The notes under the pieces: model-generated | Database searches by the model: none | What the model was told of the DNA's origin: nothing | Seen by the model: the letters and a program-made list of their open reading frames with translations, nothing else | Made by a program: the position numbers and the translations under genes | Assembly: GCA_963803145.1 (NCBI GenBank) | Contig: CAWDLW010000045.1 | Location: 1 to 46,760 of the forward strand | Direction: 5' to 3' | Length of the DNA: 46,760 bases | Origin: Methanotrichaceae archaeon | GTDB taxonomy: Archaea; Halobacteriota; Methanosarcinia; Methanotrichales; Methanotrichaceae | Part shown: positions 1-9,479 of the stretch, piece by piece | Layout: every line of letters starts with the position of its first letter | Numbering within the stretch: the first letter of the stretch is position 1

Positions 1-12
1 ATAGCATATAAC

Positions 13-228
13 ATGGAAATTTGGCAGATAATATTGATATGCATATTACTACTACCAATATTTTTTATCGCCAACTATATCATCGTCAGGAAGATGGCTG
101 CCGAGAGAAGGTCACGTGATGAGAGGATAGAGCGCGCTGTGGCAGAAAGTGTCGCCAGGAGTTTCGCCCAAAAGGGCCCTGCTAAGTTTAGTTCCTGGCC
201 AAAATACAACGCCAAGAGAAGACGCTGA
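13..228 (+). CDS. Small hypothetical membrane protein
   Basis: 71 aa ORF with one hydrophobic N-terminal helix and a basic tail; no recognised family. Confidence 0.55.
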   Translation: MEIWQIILICILLLPIFFIANYIIVRKMAAERRSRDERIERAVAESVARSFAQKGPAKFSSWPKYNAKRRR

Positions 229-244
229 AGATGGATCTGATCAG

Positions 245-1450
245 CTAAAATTCAAGGAGAGATTTCTGGCCTTCAGGTCTTTCTCCCGATAGATTCTCCG
301 GCAGCAAAATCTCCCCATACTTTCCGCCCCCTCCCGGCTTGACTACTACTTTTCCAGATCTGAATGCTTCAATTGCATGAATTATCTTCGGCTCCGCCTT
401 CAGCTCCGTTAGATCGGCAGAAACCAAGACATCAATCTCAGTCCTGCCATCGACCAGATCCTTCCAGCGCTTCTGTACACCGGCAGTATAAGGGCTTTTG
501 TTGCCTATCGCCTTGGCTATGATCTCAGCCAGGGGTACCAGATGCAGGTAAGGCGGCCGATGAGGCGGATGCACAGGCTCAGGATAGTCTGCAAGGGATT
601 CAACCCTATCCCTGACACCCAGCTTGATGATGCCGCCGCAGACTGTGCATTTCCCTCGGAGTTCCTTCATCTGTTCTGCGCTGTACTGAGTATAGCAGCT
701 CGTGCATGCAGTTCGGTTGTACTTGCCCTCCTCAGGGTAAAATCCGACATTGAGTGTAGGATGGCGCCCAGCATGATGATCTATGGCCATTTTGATATCG
801 CTAAAGCTCATGTTCTTTAGTTCCATCTGGTTGAACTCTCTAGCAAGTTTATTCGAACGGGGAGAATGGGCGTCGGAATTGGACATGAACATCTTGCTGC
901 TGAGCTCTGCGATCCTATCTGCATAATCGGTGTCTGCGCTGAGGCCAAGCTCCAAGTAATGAATGCTGTCAGCATGCTCACCATAGCAATCAGGCATGGA
1001 TTTATAATGCGCATAAATCCCCGTCCACGGTGTAAAGGCGTGGCTCGGCCCTATCATGCAGCCTGCGTCTATTACATTATCTGCAATCTCCGCGCCCTCC
1101 ATGTGGACCTTCGGTCTGCCATCCGTCTCAAGAGTGGATGATTTTGGGGAAAAGCGATCCCTCAGCTCCTCTGCCTTAGTTACATCAGGAACGAGTATCA
1201 GATGATGGACCCTATGGGCATCCTCGACCTCCACAGTCAGAACGAAATAAGTATCTTCCAGCTTGAATAGACCATCGCTGGATGGCAGCTTCTTGATCTC
1301 ATCAAGCCATTTTGGAAATAAGCAATCTCCTGTGCCCACGATCTTCACGCCTTTCAGCGCGGCCTCCCTTGCGATTTCCGGGAGATCCATATCCTTAGAA
1401 ACGGCAGCTGAATACTTGGAATGGATGTGAAGGTCCAGGTTGACTTTCAT
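245..1450 (-). CDS. PHP-superfamily phosphoesterase with Zn ribbon (TIGR00375 / endonuclease Q family)
   Basis: DLHIHSKYS, SNSDAHS, PEEGKY, CTSC...CTVC and PGGGGKYG motifs. Start placed at MKVNLDLH; the ORF extends to 1471. Confidence 0.85.
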   Translation of the reverse strand: MKVNLDLHIHSKYSAAVSKDMDLPEIAREAALKGVKIVGTGDCLFPKWLDEIKKLPSSDGLFKLEDTYFVLTVEVEDAHRVHHLILVPDVTKAEELRDRFSPKSSTLETDGRPKVHMEGAEIADNVIDAGCMIGPSHAFTPWTGIYAHYKSMPDCYGEHADSIHYLELGLSADTDYADRIAELSSKMFMSNSDAHSPRSNKLAREFNQMELKNMSFSDIKMAIDHHAGRHPTLNVGFYPEEGKYNRTACTSCYTQYSAEQMKELRGKCTVCGGIIKLGVRDRVESLADYPEPVHPPHRPPYLHLVPLAEIIAKAIGNKSPYTAGVQKRWKDLVDGRTEIDVLVSADLTELKAEPKIIHAIEAFRSGKVVVKPGGGGKYGEILLPENLSGERPEGQKSLLEF

Positions 1451-1511
1451 CTCTAAAATATTGTCGCCCATCAGGATAAACCCTTTATGCTTCAGCAGCG
1501 GATCACCTTAT

Positions 1512-2279
1512 GTGCAAGACCGTTTGAAGGGCATTTTGAATGATTATGCCTGTGGCAAGGCTACACTTGATGCGGCGTTAGAAAAGCTCAAGCTCTTAAG
1601 CTTTAGGCCAGTAGGCGATATAGCCAAGCTGGATATCGGCCGATCTGACCGCATCGGCATACCCGAGGCCATATTGGCAGAGGGCAAGGATAAAAAAGAT
1701 CTTGTGAAGATATCCCTGGCACATTTGGAGGAGACTGGAGGCGTCATTGTTACTCGCGTCTCGCCCGAGCAGCTTCAGGCCTTTTTGGATGCGCGTCTCC
1801 CGGAAGGCGCAGTCCTTGATCACAATCCTCGTGCCAGAACAGTTGTGCTCAGGCTTGGCGAGAGAAAGCCAAAGCATGGCAAGGTGGGAGTTCTGGCGGC
1901 AGGCACAGCTGATATCCCTGTGGCGGAGGAGGCCAGGGTAGCAGCAGAGGAGATGGGCTGCGAAGTCATATACGAGTACGATGTAGGCGTGGCAGGAATA
2001 CACAGGCTCTTTCCGAGCATTGAACGAATGAGGGATGCGGATGCCTTCGTCGTAGCAGCAGGTCGAGAAGGAACTCTTCCTGCTGTCGTTGCAGGGCTTG
2101 TGAATGCGCCTGTGATCGGGCTGCCTGTATCGACAGGTTATGGCATCGGCGGAGGAGGTATCGCAGCCCTTCTATCCATGCTTCAGTCATGTTCTATCCT
2201 TACGGTCGTCAATATCGATGCGGGGTTTGTAGCTGGAGCCTATGCAGCCAAAATAGCCATGCAAAGCTCAAAAAGCTAA
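1512..2279 (+). CDS. larB: Nickel-pincer cofactor biosynthesis protein LarB (PurE-like)
   Basis: GIPEAILAEGK, AGTADIPVAEEA, DVGVAGIHRL, AGREGTLPAVVAGL, PVSTGYG, VVNIDAG motifs. GTG start at 1512 chosen because the longer ORF overlaps the divergent gene. Confidence 0.9.
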   Translation: MQDRLKGILNDYACGKATLDAALEKLKLLSFRPVGDIAKLDIGRSDRIGIPEAILAEGKDKKDLVKISLAHLEETGGVIVTRVSPEQLQAFLDARLPEGAVLDHNPRARTVVLRLGERKPKHGKVGVLAAGTADIPVAEEARVAAEEMGCEVIYEYDVGVAGIHRLFPSIERMRDADAFVVAAGREGTLPAVVAGLVNAPVIGLPVSTGYGIGGGGIAALLSMLQSCSILTVVNIDAGFVAGAYAAKIAMQSSKS

Positions 2280-2375
2280 TACGCGAAAGGAGCTAATACG
2301 CAAGAACCGTTTTATGCAAAAACAGTTCTAAATTCCTTCCAGAAAAGTATTTATAGAATCAAAAGGGTGATGATC

Positions 2376-2430
2376 GTGAGCGGGTACACTCATCTTTTTT
2401 ACTAACCCCCACTCCCCTACCCGCTCAAAA
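2376..2430 (+). ncRNA. Candidate small RNA hairpin with C/U-rich loop
   Basis: Perfect 10 bp stem TGAGCGGGTA (2377-2386) / TACCCGCTCA (2418-2427) around a 31 nt pyrimidine-rich loop, about 26 nt after GAAAAGTATTTATA (BRE/TATA). Confidence 0.5.
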
Positions 2431-2524
2431 CTTAATGAAAGCATGCTTTCCTTGAACTTTGGGTTTCTCCTTGTCCTAAAACGGCCTTCTTGTTCGTGCA
2501 GAATTGGCTTTTAGATTTGTTGAT

Positions 2525-2628
2525 AAAATAATCTCGTGGGAGATCCAGAGCGAGGGTCGAACCACTCCTGGATGATCCTCGCCCGGTGCTTAATGGACGC
2601 ATGGAATAACAGGCTTATTCCAGTGCAC
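2525..2628 (-). ncRNA. Candidate structured non-coding RNA
   Basis: Three consecutive hairpins directly downstream of a minus-strand promoter at 2626-2666; no credible ORF. Strand not certain. Confidence 0.4.
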
Positions 2629-2666
2629 TTTACTTTAAACAAGTTAATTTTACTTAAGGGTTTCGG
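2626..2666 (-). promoter_or_regulatory. BRE/TATA promoter with conserved operator-like motif (class 2)
   Basis: 33/41 nt identical, ungapped, to 6456-6496 upstream of the wHTH regulator. Confidence 0.6.
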
Positions 2667-2837
2667 TATCATTGCTTGGTTATATAATCGAAGGAACTTT
2701 TTTTGCCTTCTTAGCTCCTGGCTACACATCAAAATCGAAGACTAACAGGCGAGTTCTACTGACGTTAATATTGGAAATATATTTAATGCGTATGGGATTG
2801 GAAAGGTCATCCTTCGAGAACATTTCAAGACCTCCTG

Positions 2838-3833
2838 TTATAAAAATTTAAAATTTATCGGAGGCATTTTGTCTCCTATCAAGGCCACTATCCCGTTGGC
2901 AGTCCATTCATAGGCCATGCCTTGGCTATCCTTCTTCCACCAGAAGGAGCCGTCTTTACTCTGCAGGCTCAATAGATGGCTGACTGGATCGGCTAGGCCT
3001 ATCCGCCATTCGCACGGATTTTGGTCCACTGCATTGATGGCCAGGATTGCCCAGCCGTCAGTGGCTGCATTGCTTCCCATCGAGGAAAAGCCACCATCTG
3101 CATTTTGCTCCGATTTCAGATAGTGCAGAGCATTCTGAATCGGCTCTGAGGTGTTATTCTCTCCGGCAGCCATCAGAGCGCAGATTACTATGCCTGTGGT
3201 GTCAGCATCTTGTCCGTCGGGGCCCCCGTTCCAGGACCATCCTCCCGACTGAGTCTGAACGCTCCTCAGGTATTCCATAGCCTTTGCAATCTGCTCACAG
3301 CGAGATTCATTTGAGGCAACTAGCCCCATAATCACCCAGGGGTCGTCCCAGATGTAATTATCTTTTCCAATCTCGCCAGATGATTTCGAGTAGCTTTTAA
3401 GAATATCCACGTAATTTCGGCCACTCACGTTGTGAGGATCGACACCTGCCGCAGCCAATGTAACTACAAATCTCCCTGTCTGAGCTTCGGCGTTGGATAG
3501 ATTGGCCAAGAGGTCCTGGTTGGCCAGCAGATATTTCAGAGGATTTCCGTACTTCAGGCTGGAAATGTCCTTTTTCAGAGCAACCATGGCAGTGATAGCT
3601 TGACAAGTTGGAACCAGTTCGCTCTCCGCTCCAGGGTTCGAACCAAAGCCACCATCTTCATTCTGACAGGTAAGAAGAAAATTCGCTGCAGATTCCACAG
3701 AAGGGCTATCTACGGACAAGGGATACACGCTCATGTCCTGAGCAGCAATGCCCAAATCGCAAATGAGTGCAACGAGCATTATCAGGGCCATGTTTAGCTT
3801 AACATGTTGATTTAGTCTTCTCAAGATATTCAC
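2838..3833 (-). CDS. Secreted prenyltransferase/squalene-cyclase repeat (alpha-barrel) protein
   Basis: Signal peptide; repeated QW-like motifs QNEDGGF, QTQSGGW, QNADGGF, QSKDGSF. Confidence 0.8.
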   Translation of the reverse strand: MNILRRLNQHVKLNMALIMLVALICDLGIAAQDMSVYPLSVDSPSVESAANFLLTCQNEDGGFGSNPGAESELVPTCQAITAMVALKKDISSLKYGNPLKYLLANQDLLANLSNAEAQTGRFVVTLAAAGVDPHNVSGRNYVDILKSYSKSSGEIGKDNYIWDDPWVIMGLVASNESRCEQIAKAMEYLRSVQTQSGGWSWNGGPDGQDADTTGIVICALMAAGENNTSEPIQNALHYLKSEQNADGGFSSMGSNAATDGWAILAINAVDQNPCEWRIGLADPVSHLLSLQSKDGSFWWKKDSQGMAYEWTANGIVALIGDKMPPINFKFL

Positions 3834-3950
3834 CTCTCCTACAATTTGAAATTTAATTTATCCTTTGACTAAGATAAAAAAAACGAAAAGATTTTTGCAA
3901 TTTCTTGCAAAAGATATCCTCCTCATCTGGCCTCCTTTGGGCTGGAGCAA

Positions 3951-5306
3951 TCAAACGCCTCCTCTACATAATGGACAACTTCCATCCGTAGTGTCCGTAT
4001 CTGTCTCTCCTTCACTGCAGCATGGAAGCCAAGCGTCTGAGTAGGTTGTGTTCGAATAATTTTCATGCGGTCTAGTTTCGTTGACGGCAGGTACCACACC
4101 CCTCATCGATATCTGGAAGTCGCCAATGAAAGTATCAAGAAATTCCTCACTCACGATTCCGCTCTTTTTATTGCCCTGAAGGTAAGCATTTTTATCTTGC
4201 GTGAGAGATTGCAGCTCGGCAGATCCATGAAAATCTGATTCTAGTGAGAAGTTAATCTTTCCGCTGTTGTTGTATAAGTTCTGCCTCTTTAGGTAGTCCA
4301 GATTGCTGTATTTCTCATCGAAGAAAGCACCCTTGTTATAATTCTTCTGGGAAGTAGAATCTTCATACTTGGAAGCGTAATTTAGCGGTCTGGAATAAGC
4401 CTGTGCTTTAGTGGGCCCATATCTCATTTCGGTCGATTCGGCCATGTCTATCCCGCTGGGCCTCATTCTCACTGTCTTTTCTGAGCTATAGCTGCCGGAG
4501 CCTTGTTGATAGAGGTCTGTTGAACGCGCCGGCAAAGCGCCTCCAAAATTGTTCTCAAAATGACTTCGACATGATGAGAAGCCTACTCCGGATACTGATG
4601 AGCTTTCGTCGTATTTTATATTTCCTTTTGCTTTTTTTCCACTTATTCCTTGGATCGAGCAGATGTAAGGTCCTCCTACTCCACATTGAATGTAAGGAGG
4701 ACTGCTGAAATAATAGCTGGCCACGCAGCCGGATTTTGTTGCTGCAACGCAGAAGAATGCATCTAGATCGAGGGTCATCTCAGGAGTGTATCCATTGCCA
4801 TCAGTTTCGACTGAATTGTTACCTACATCCACTTCGGCGCCAGTTGATGGAGCTGCTGGTGTGAACCCGTACCCATCCTGCTCCATCACCCTGACCCTGA
4901 ACTCCCCATCTTTTTCAACGTGGTCGGGCACATCCGCCAGGAAGAGGTACTTGGCTGCGCCTGAGGCTGAATTGGGTCCTAAGAAAATGAGGTGGTCTCC
5001 ATCGGAAACCTGGTAGCCACTCACTCCTAAAGGCGAGGGAGCACCGTTTACCATAAATGAAGGTCCCCAATCTCCTCCGCAGCCCGCGATGCTCGTCAGA
5101 TAGTAGCCATATGAACTGTCGAAGCCTGTGTAGGATACGCCGCTGGCTTTTATGGCATCCAAAGCGGTAGGACTGGCGCCGCCGACTGAGACACCGTTGT
5201 CGTATACAGGGTCGCCGTTGCAAAAAACGGTAATCTGCACATCTACTGCATTTGAAATCTGAATTGATATTAATAATATTAATAGAGCTAATCTAGCTTT
5301 GGCCAT
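3951..5306 (-). CDS. Secreted protein with N-terminal DUF4430 (transcobalamin beta-domain-like) and C-terminal WLPCC-type domain
   Basis: Signal peptide; TALDAI...YGYYLTSIAG...FMVNG...GVSGYQVSDGDHL matches the DUF4430 pattern; Cys-rich tail. Confidence 0.7.
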   Translation of the reverse strand: MAKARLALLILLISIQISNAVDVQITVFCNGDPVYDNGVSVGGASPTALDAIKASGVSYTGFDSSYGYYLTSIAGCGGDWGPSFMVNGAPSPLGVSGYQVSDGDHLIFLGPNSASGAAKYLFLADVPDHVEKDGEFRVRVMEQDGYGFTPAAPSTGAEVDVGNNSVETDGNGYTPEMTLDLDAFFCVAATKSGCVASYYFSSPPYIQCGVGGPYICSIQGISGKKAKGNIKYDESSSVSGVGFSSCRSHFENNFGGALPARSTDLYQQGSGSYSSEKTVRMRPSGIDMAESTEMRYGPTKAQAYSRPLNYASKYEDSTSQKNYNKGAFFDEKYSNLDYLKRQNLYNNSGKINFSLESDFHGSAELQSLTQDKNAYLQGNKKSGIVSEEFLDTFIGDFQISMRGVVPAVNETRPHENYSNTTYSDAWLPCCSEGETDTDTTDGSCPLCRGGV

Positions 5307-5559
5307 ACCATTTCATCCCTCCTAATTCAACTTAATTTTAGTTAACACAAATTTTGTTGAACAAGGTAAATTGTTTTTACTTAAACTTTTTGGTGTTGGA
5401 ACATATGTGCCACATCAATCGACTAAAATTTTCATATTGAAGTTTAAAATTCAGATTATCGGAGAAAAAAGGTATTTTCAGGATTCTCCATGCTATCAAT
5501 TATATAAAATAAAGATAGAAAACCCACAGATCGCATGAATATTAGCTATGAAAGGCATC

Positions 5560-6348
5560 TTAAACCATGGTAAGATCGACTATCTCGTACTTCAATTCTT
5601 CCGATTCCAAGCGATCTAGAATTGTGGGAATCTGTTCATCAACACTGACGAGCACTGAGCTAATCCCGTGGTAAGCGGCCTCCACAGCAGACTCCTTGGC
5701 CCCGAAGATTACATCCGGCTCCTTGCCTGCTTTTCTCAGAGCTATCAAGGCCTCAATTCCCATACAGCCGATCATTTTATTCCCGGATAGAAGGCTTGCC
5801 AAGGCATTCAGATTCACCTTGCGAGAGCCGCCCAACTGAACTCGTGGAACCTTGGCGATCGTGATCTTTCCTCCATCCAAGTCGATCAGGCCCTTGAGGT
5901 CAGATATTCCCACGTCCTCGTCCGCAGACGCGTTGGAGATTGTTATGCTGCTCGCATCTATGCCTTCCTTCTTATTGGCATAGAGGAGTCCGGCGCGCAT
6001 CTCCAGGGATATTCGCTCGCCTTCAGCGAGGTCAATTTCCGCCAAAGCAGTCCAGACAGGGACATGGCTGATAACCTCCTCCATGACCACTTTGGCATAT
6101 CGTTTTATCTCAGCAGCACTTTCCAGTAGCCATTCCACACCTTCCTTGGTAATGCTGTATCGCATACGTCCGTCTGTAGTAACCAGGCCTTCTGCCACCA
6201 GCTCTTTGATGTACTCCGATATGGCCTGCGGGGTCAAGTCCAGACTGTCTGCCACCTCTTTCTGGCGCAGATTGGGCTGATGAGCGGCTATTTCTACGAG
6301 GATCTGAAACCGAGAGCTGTCTCGTTTACTCTGGAGTATGTTAATCAT
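5560..6348 (-). CDS. Winged-HTH transcriptional regulator (COG1497-like, MarR-type N-terminus)
   Basis: LRQKEVADSLDLTPQAISEYIKELVAEGLV HTH followed by about 180 aa C-terminal region. Confidence 0.85.
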   Translation of the reverse strand: MINILQSKRDSSRFQILVEIAAHQPNLRQKEVADSLDLTPQAISEYIKELVAEGLVTTDGRMRYSITKEGVEWLLESAAEIKRYAKVVMEEVISHVPVWTALAEIDLAEGERISLEMRAGLLYANKKEGIDASSITISNASADEDVGISDLKGLIDLDGGKITIAKVPRVQLGGSRKVNLNALASLLSGNKMIGCMGIEALIALRKAGKEPDVIFGAKESAVEAAYHGISSVLVSVDEQIPTILDRLESEELKYEIVDLTMV

Positions 6349-6455
6349 CAGGACACCTCATCTCGATTGAGTTATCCATTCTGCAGCGCCAACTCGGTAA
6401 CTTCTGACTCTTGGGGGTGCCCGAATTGGTTGCGCTCCCTCACACAAATTCATCA

Positions 6456-6496
6456 AATTTTACTTAAAACAAATTAACTTTACTTAAGCTTTCCGG
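6456..6496 (-). promoter_or_regulatory. Promoter of wHTH regulator with class 2 motif
   Basis: CCGGAAAGCTTAAGTAAAGTTAATTTGTTTTAAGTAAAATT on the minus strand; repeated TTAAGTAAA 20 nt apart. Confidence 0.6.
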
Positions 6497-6579
6497 CTAA
6501 CAAATTTATAAATTTTATTCGTAATGCTATTAAAAAATAATAGTATCGAACTCTTAACTCGCGGATCTTAGGCTATATG

Positions 6580-8424
6580 CTAGAGTTCGTTTTCCAGAGC
6601 ATAATCATTCATCGAGAAGACATCTCTGGCATAATCGGCTCTGCTGAGCAGATTAAGTAAATGGATGTCGATCTTGTACTGCATCATGTCGAGGGTGCGC
6701 TGCAAGGTGAACATACCCTTATATAATGGTCCTGGCGGACTGAATGAGGCGATTTCCAGGTACATTTCGTTCACTGCTTTCTTATTTTCCTGCGTAGGGT
6801 TTGCAAGGTAGCAAGCTTGCAAGCTCTTATACCGATGGAAAAGTCCAGCATACTTGACCGCGCAGGGTATATCAACTTCCTTGATCTCCTTCTCGATATA
6901 CCTAATGGCAGACAGAAGGTCAGGGAATTTCATCGTTGTCCAGTTCGATTCGCCAACTTTATGAGATTCCGGAGGCAGGTTCTCCGCACAGCTAAAAAAC
7001 TGATCTATCATCATCTGGCTGCGAACAATCCACTGCAAAGCCAGAGCATTGTTGCCAAGGAGCGATTTGAGAGCGTTCAGCCTAATATATTCATGCTCAA
7101 ACTCATGGCAACAGCGAGCGATCTCTCTCATCTGATTGGAAAGAGCTTGAGAATACGTTAGCATTGTTTTATCATACCATAGACCTAAAGGATCTGATCT
7201 GTCTCCCGCACCCAGGCTGACAATGGCACGGCACATCCTCTCGCAGTTCTCCAGGATTGGCATGGCCAATGTGGCAGTTCGCAAAATGGCCAAAATCCGT
7301 TCTTCAGCGATTGCAGCTGGAGGGTTTTGGCTATAAACAGTTTCGATCATGGAATGCTTGGGTTTAGAGGCGACATAGTAGAGAGCTTGGGCGTACATCC
7401 TGTGGCAGGAGTCAGACCACTCCGGGTGGGGGCCGAAGAGGACTACCTTCCCTGATCCAAAGTCGGAAGACACAATGGCAGCGCTTCCCCAGATTTCCTT
7501 AACTCTGTCACACGGCACCTGATTTATGGGGGCTCTGTATCTGGCCAGTACAGTCACGGAACCGCCGATACCGAACATGCTCGGGCCGCCGAAGTAGTCG
7601 ATTTGGACCATCGGGCCGAAATGATGACACGAAGCCTCTCGTCCGTATCCGAACATTACCGGATGTCTTGGATTTTCAATCCCCAGGTAAAGCGGCCCTA
7701 TTAAGGTCCTCCATTCCCAGTCGCCGGTTGCAGTATCTCTGGGCATGAACCACTCGGCATGATAGGATGCGTCCACAAGATTTAGACGCGGGTGCGGGTT
7801 TCCGATCAGGGCTTCGGTGGCGCCTGCACATACTCCCACATACCCTCCGCCCTTCCAAATGAAGTCGCGGATGTTCTTTATCCCTATGGCAGCGTCATCC
7901 TCAGAGGCGAAAGATGAGAAATGCATTGAGCCTCCAGGCATCACGAAGACGTTGGACTGAGCCAGAATGCTGCCGGAATCGCTCTCATTCTTCAACAGTT
8001 CTTCGGCTTTGGCCAGAGCTACCTTGAAGCCCATGCTACGGAAAGCAATGAAGTGCATCAGAGCGTTGTCATAGGTGATGGAGTCGTAGAAGAGAGAGAT
8101 GCGCGGAAGAACCAGCGCTTTTGACTTTACCCGAACCTGCTCGACGGTCTTGTCGATGCAAAATACACCATCCTGTTTTCCCTCTTGCTCCAGCCAGGAC
8201 ATGATAACATCACAAGATATGCTTCGTTTGATATGGAAAGGGTGCTGTATGAAAAAAGTACCAGCAGGATAGCTCCGGTCCCCAGCTTGGAACTCTTCCA
8301 GCGCCCATTGTACAGGCACCCCCTCCTCCAGGAGCTTGTTTATGAGACGAATGGCTGCTTTATCATTCCTGTCCATTCGGTCCGTATTTCCTTTGTCCAG
8401 TACAATAAGGTATGATATTCGCAT
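6580..8424 (-). CDS. BPL_N / class I glutamine amidotransferase-like domain protein
   Basis: VMPGG, GGGYVGVCAGA nucleophile elbow and GPHPE (Cys-His-Glu triad); helical C-terminal half of unknown function. Confidence 0.7.
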   Translation of the reverse strand: MRISYLIVLDKGNTDRMDRNDKAAIRLINKLLEEGVPVQWALEEFQAGDRSYPAGTFFIQHPFHIKRSISCDVIMSWLEQEGKQDGVFCIDKTVEQVRVKSKALVLPRISLFYDSITYDNALMHFIAFRSMGFKVALAKAEELLKNESDSGSILAQSNVFVMPGGSMHFSSFASEDDAAIGIKNIRDFIWKGGGYVGVCAGATEALIGNPHPRLNLVDASYHAEWFMPRDTATGDWEWRTLIGPLYLGIENPRHPVMFGYGREASCHHFGPMVQIDYFGGPSMFGIGGSVTVLARYRAPINQVPCDRVKEIWGSAAIVSSDFGSGKVVLFGPHPEWSDSCHRMYAQALYYVASKPKHSMIETVYSQNPPAAIAEERILAILRTATLAMPILENCERMCRAIVSLGAGDRSDPLGLWYDKTMLTYSQALSNQMREIARCCHEFEHEYIRLNALKSLLGNNALALQWIVRSQMMIDQFFSCAENLPPESHKVGESNWTTMKFPDLLSAIRYIEKEIKEVDIPCAVKYAGLFHRYKSLQACYLANPTQENKKAVNEMYLEIASFSPPGPLYKGMFTLQRTLDMMQYKIDIHLLNLLSRADYARDVFSMNDYALENEL

Positions 8425-8556
8425 AAGCTATCGTGCACCTTTCCCAAGATGCAGAAGCTGAGGCTGATAAAGATGATGCTCTCTTTCTTACCAAAAGCTT
8501 TAAATCAATTTCACTTGTTTTTAGTCCAAAATACTTTAATAGACCGAGGTAGGAAA

Positions 8557-9471
8557 TTGAGGTTGAAATCGATAGCGTTACTCCTGGCCATAATGCTGCT
8601 TTTCTTTGCTGTAGCTGGCGCAGAAGAGATTAAGCCAATAACTATTACCGACGATATCGGGAGGATTGTCAATGTCACAAATGCCCCGGAGAGAATAATC
8701 TCGCTATCTCCTTCAAATACAGAGATACTCTTTGCTCTCGACCTGGGGAACCGCGTTGTAGGTGTAACGAAGTATTGCAATTACCCGGCAGAGGTAGAGA
8801 GTCTCAAGGATAGCGGAAAAATCGCGGTTATCGGGGGATATATTGATCCGGATTTGGAGAAGATACTCTCGTTACATCCGGACCTGGTCTTGGCCAGTGA
8901 TGTTAATATCAACGATACCGTTCCTGCGCTGGAGAAGGCAGGCATCCCAACTTTCGTCGTCAAGTCGAATAACCTTTCTGGAATTCTTACATCCATAAAA
9001 AAGGTCGGCAAAATCAGCGGAAAGGAGGCAGAGGCCTTCACTTTGACCAGTCAAATGGAATCGAGAATTAAAGCAGTATCGGACAAGGTTGGTCAACTTC
9101 AGAAGAAGAAGGTTCTCTATATCGTCTGGCACGATCCTGTCACGACTGTTGGGGTAGGAACCTTCGAGGACGAGATCATCGGGAGGGCAGGAGGAATGAA
9201 CATATTTCATGATCTATCTGGGTATCCTCAGGTAGATCCGGAAGCAATAGCAGTTCGAAACCCTGAGGTAATCATCGCCTGCACTGGCATGGGTGAGGGG
9301 ACGGATAAGCCTTTCCTCTGGGCTAAAACAGATCGCAGCCTAAATCAGACGGACGCCCGGCATAACAATCGAATATACCAGGCCGATGGGGATATCATAA
9401 CCCGTGCCGGTCCAAGGATAGTCGATGGCTTGGAGATGTTCGCTCGATTTATTCACCCAGAGGCATTCTGA
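8557..9471 (+). CDS. btuF: Cobalamin/iron-chelate ABC substrate-binding protein (BtuF-like)
   Basis: ITDDIGR, PERIISLSPSNTEILFAL, VVGVTKYCNYP, RAGPRIVDGLE. TTG start after GAGGT inferred; ORF open from 8449. Confidence 0.8.
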   Translation: MRLKSIALLLAIMLLFFAVAGAEEIKPITITDDIGRIVNVTNAPERIISLSPSNTEILFALDLGNRVVGVTKYCNYPAEVESLKDSGKIAVIGGYIDPDLEKILSLHPDLVLASDVNINDTVPALEKAGIPTFVVKSNNLSGILTSIKKVGKISGKEAEAFTLTSQMESRIKAVSDKVGQLQKKKVLYIVWHDPVTTVGVGTFEDEIIGRAGGMNIFHDLSGYPQVDPEAIAVRNPEVIIACTGMGEGTDKPFLWAKTDRSLNQTDARHNNRIYQADGDIITRAGPRIVDGLEMFARFIHPEAF

Positions 9472-9479
9472 AACCATTC

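Noticed and set aside
2274-2301. Short direct repeat AGCTAATACGC twice at the larB stop
   Set aside because: Only two 11 nt copies; likely local duplication with no sign of function.
2511-2745. ORFs 2511-2732 (-) and 2536-2745 (+)
   Set aside because: No motifs; they overlap promoter and hairpin elements.
8425-8556. Cobalamin riboswitch before btuF (also looked before cbiM)
   Set aside because: Leaders are too short and lack the B12-box consensus.
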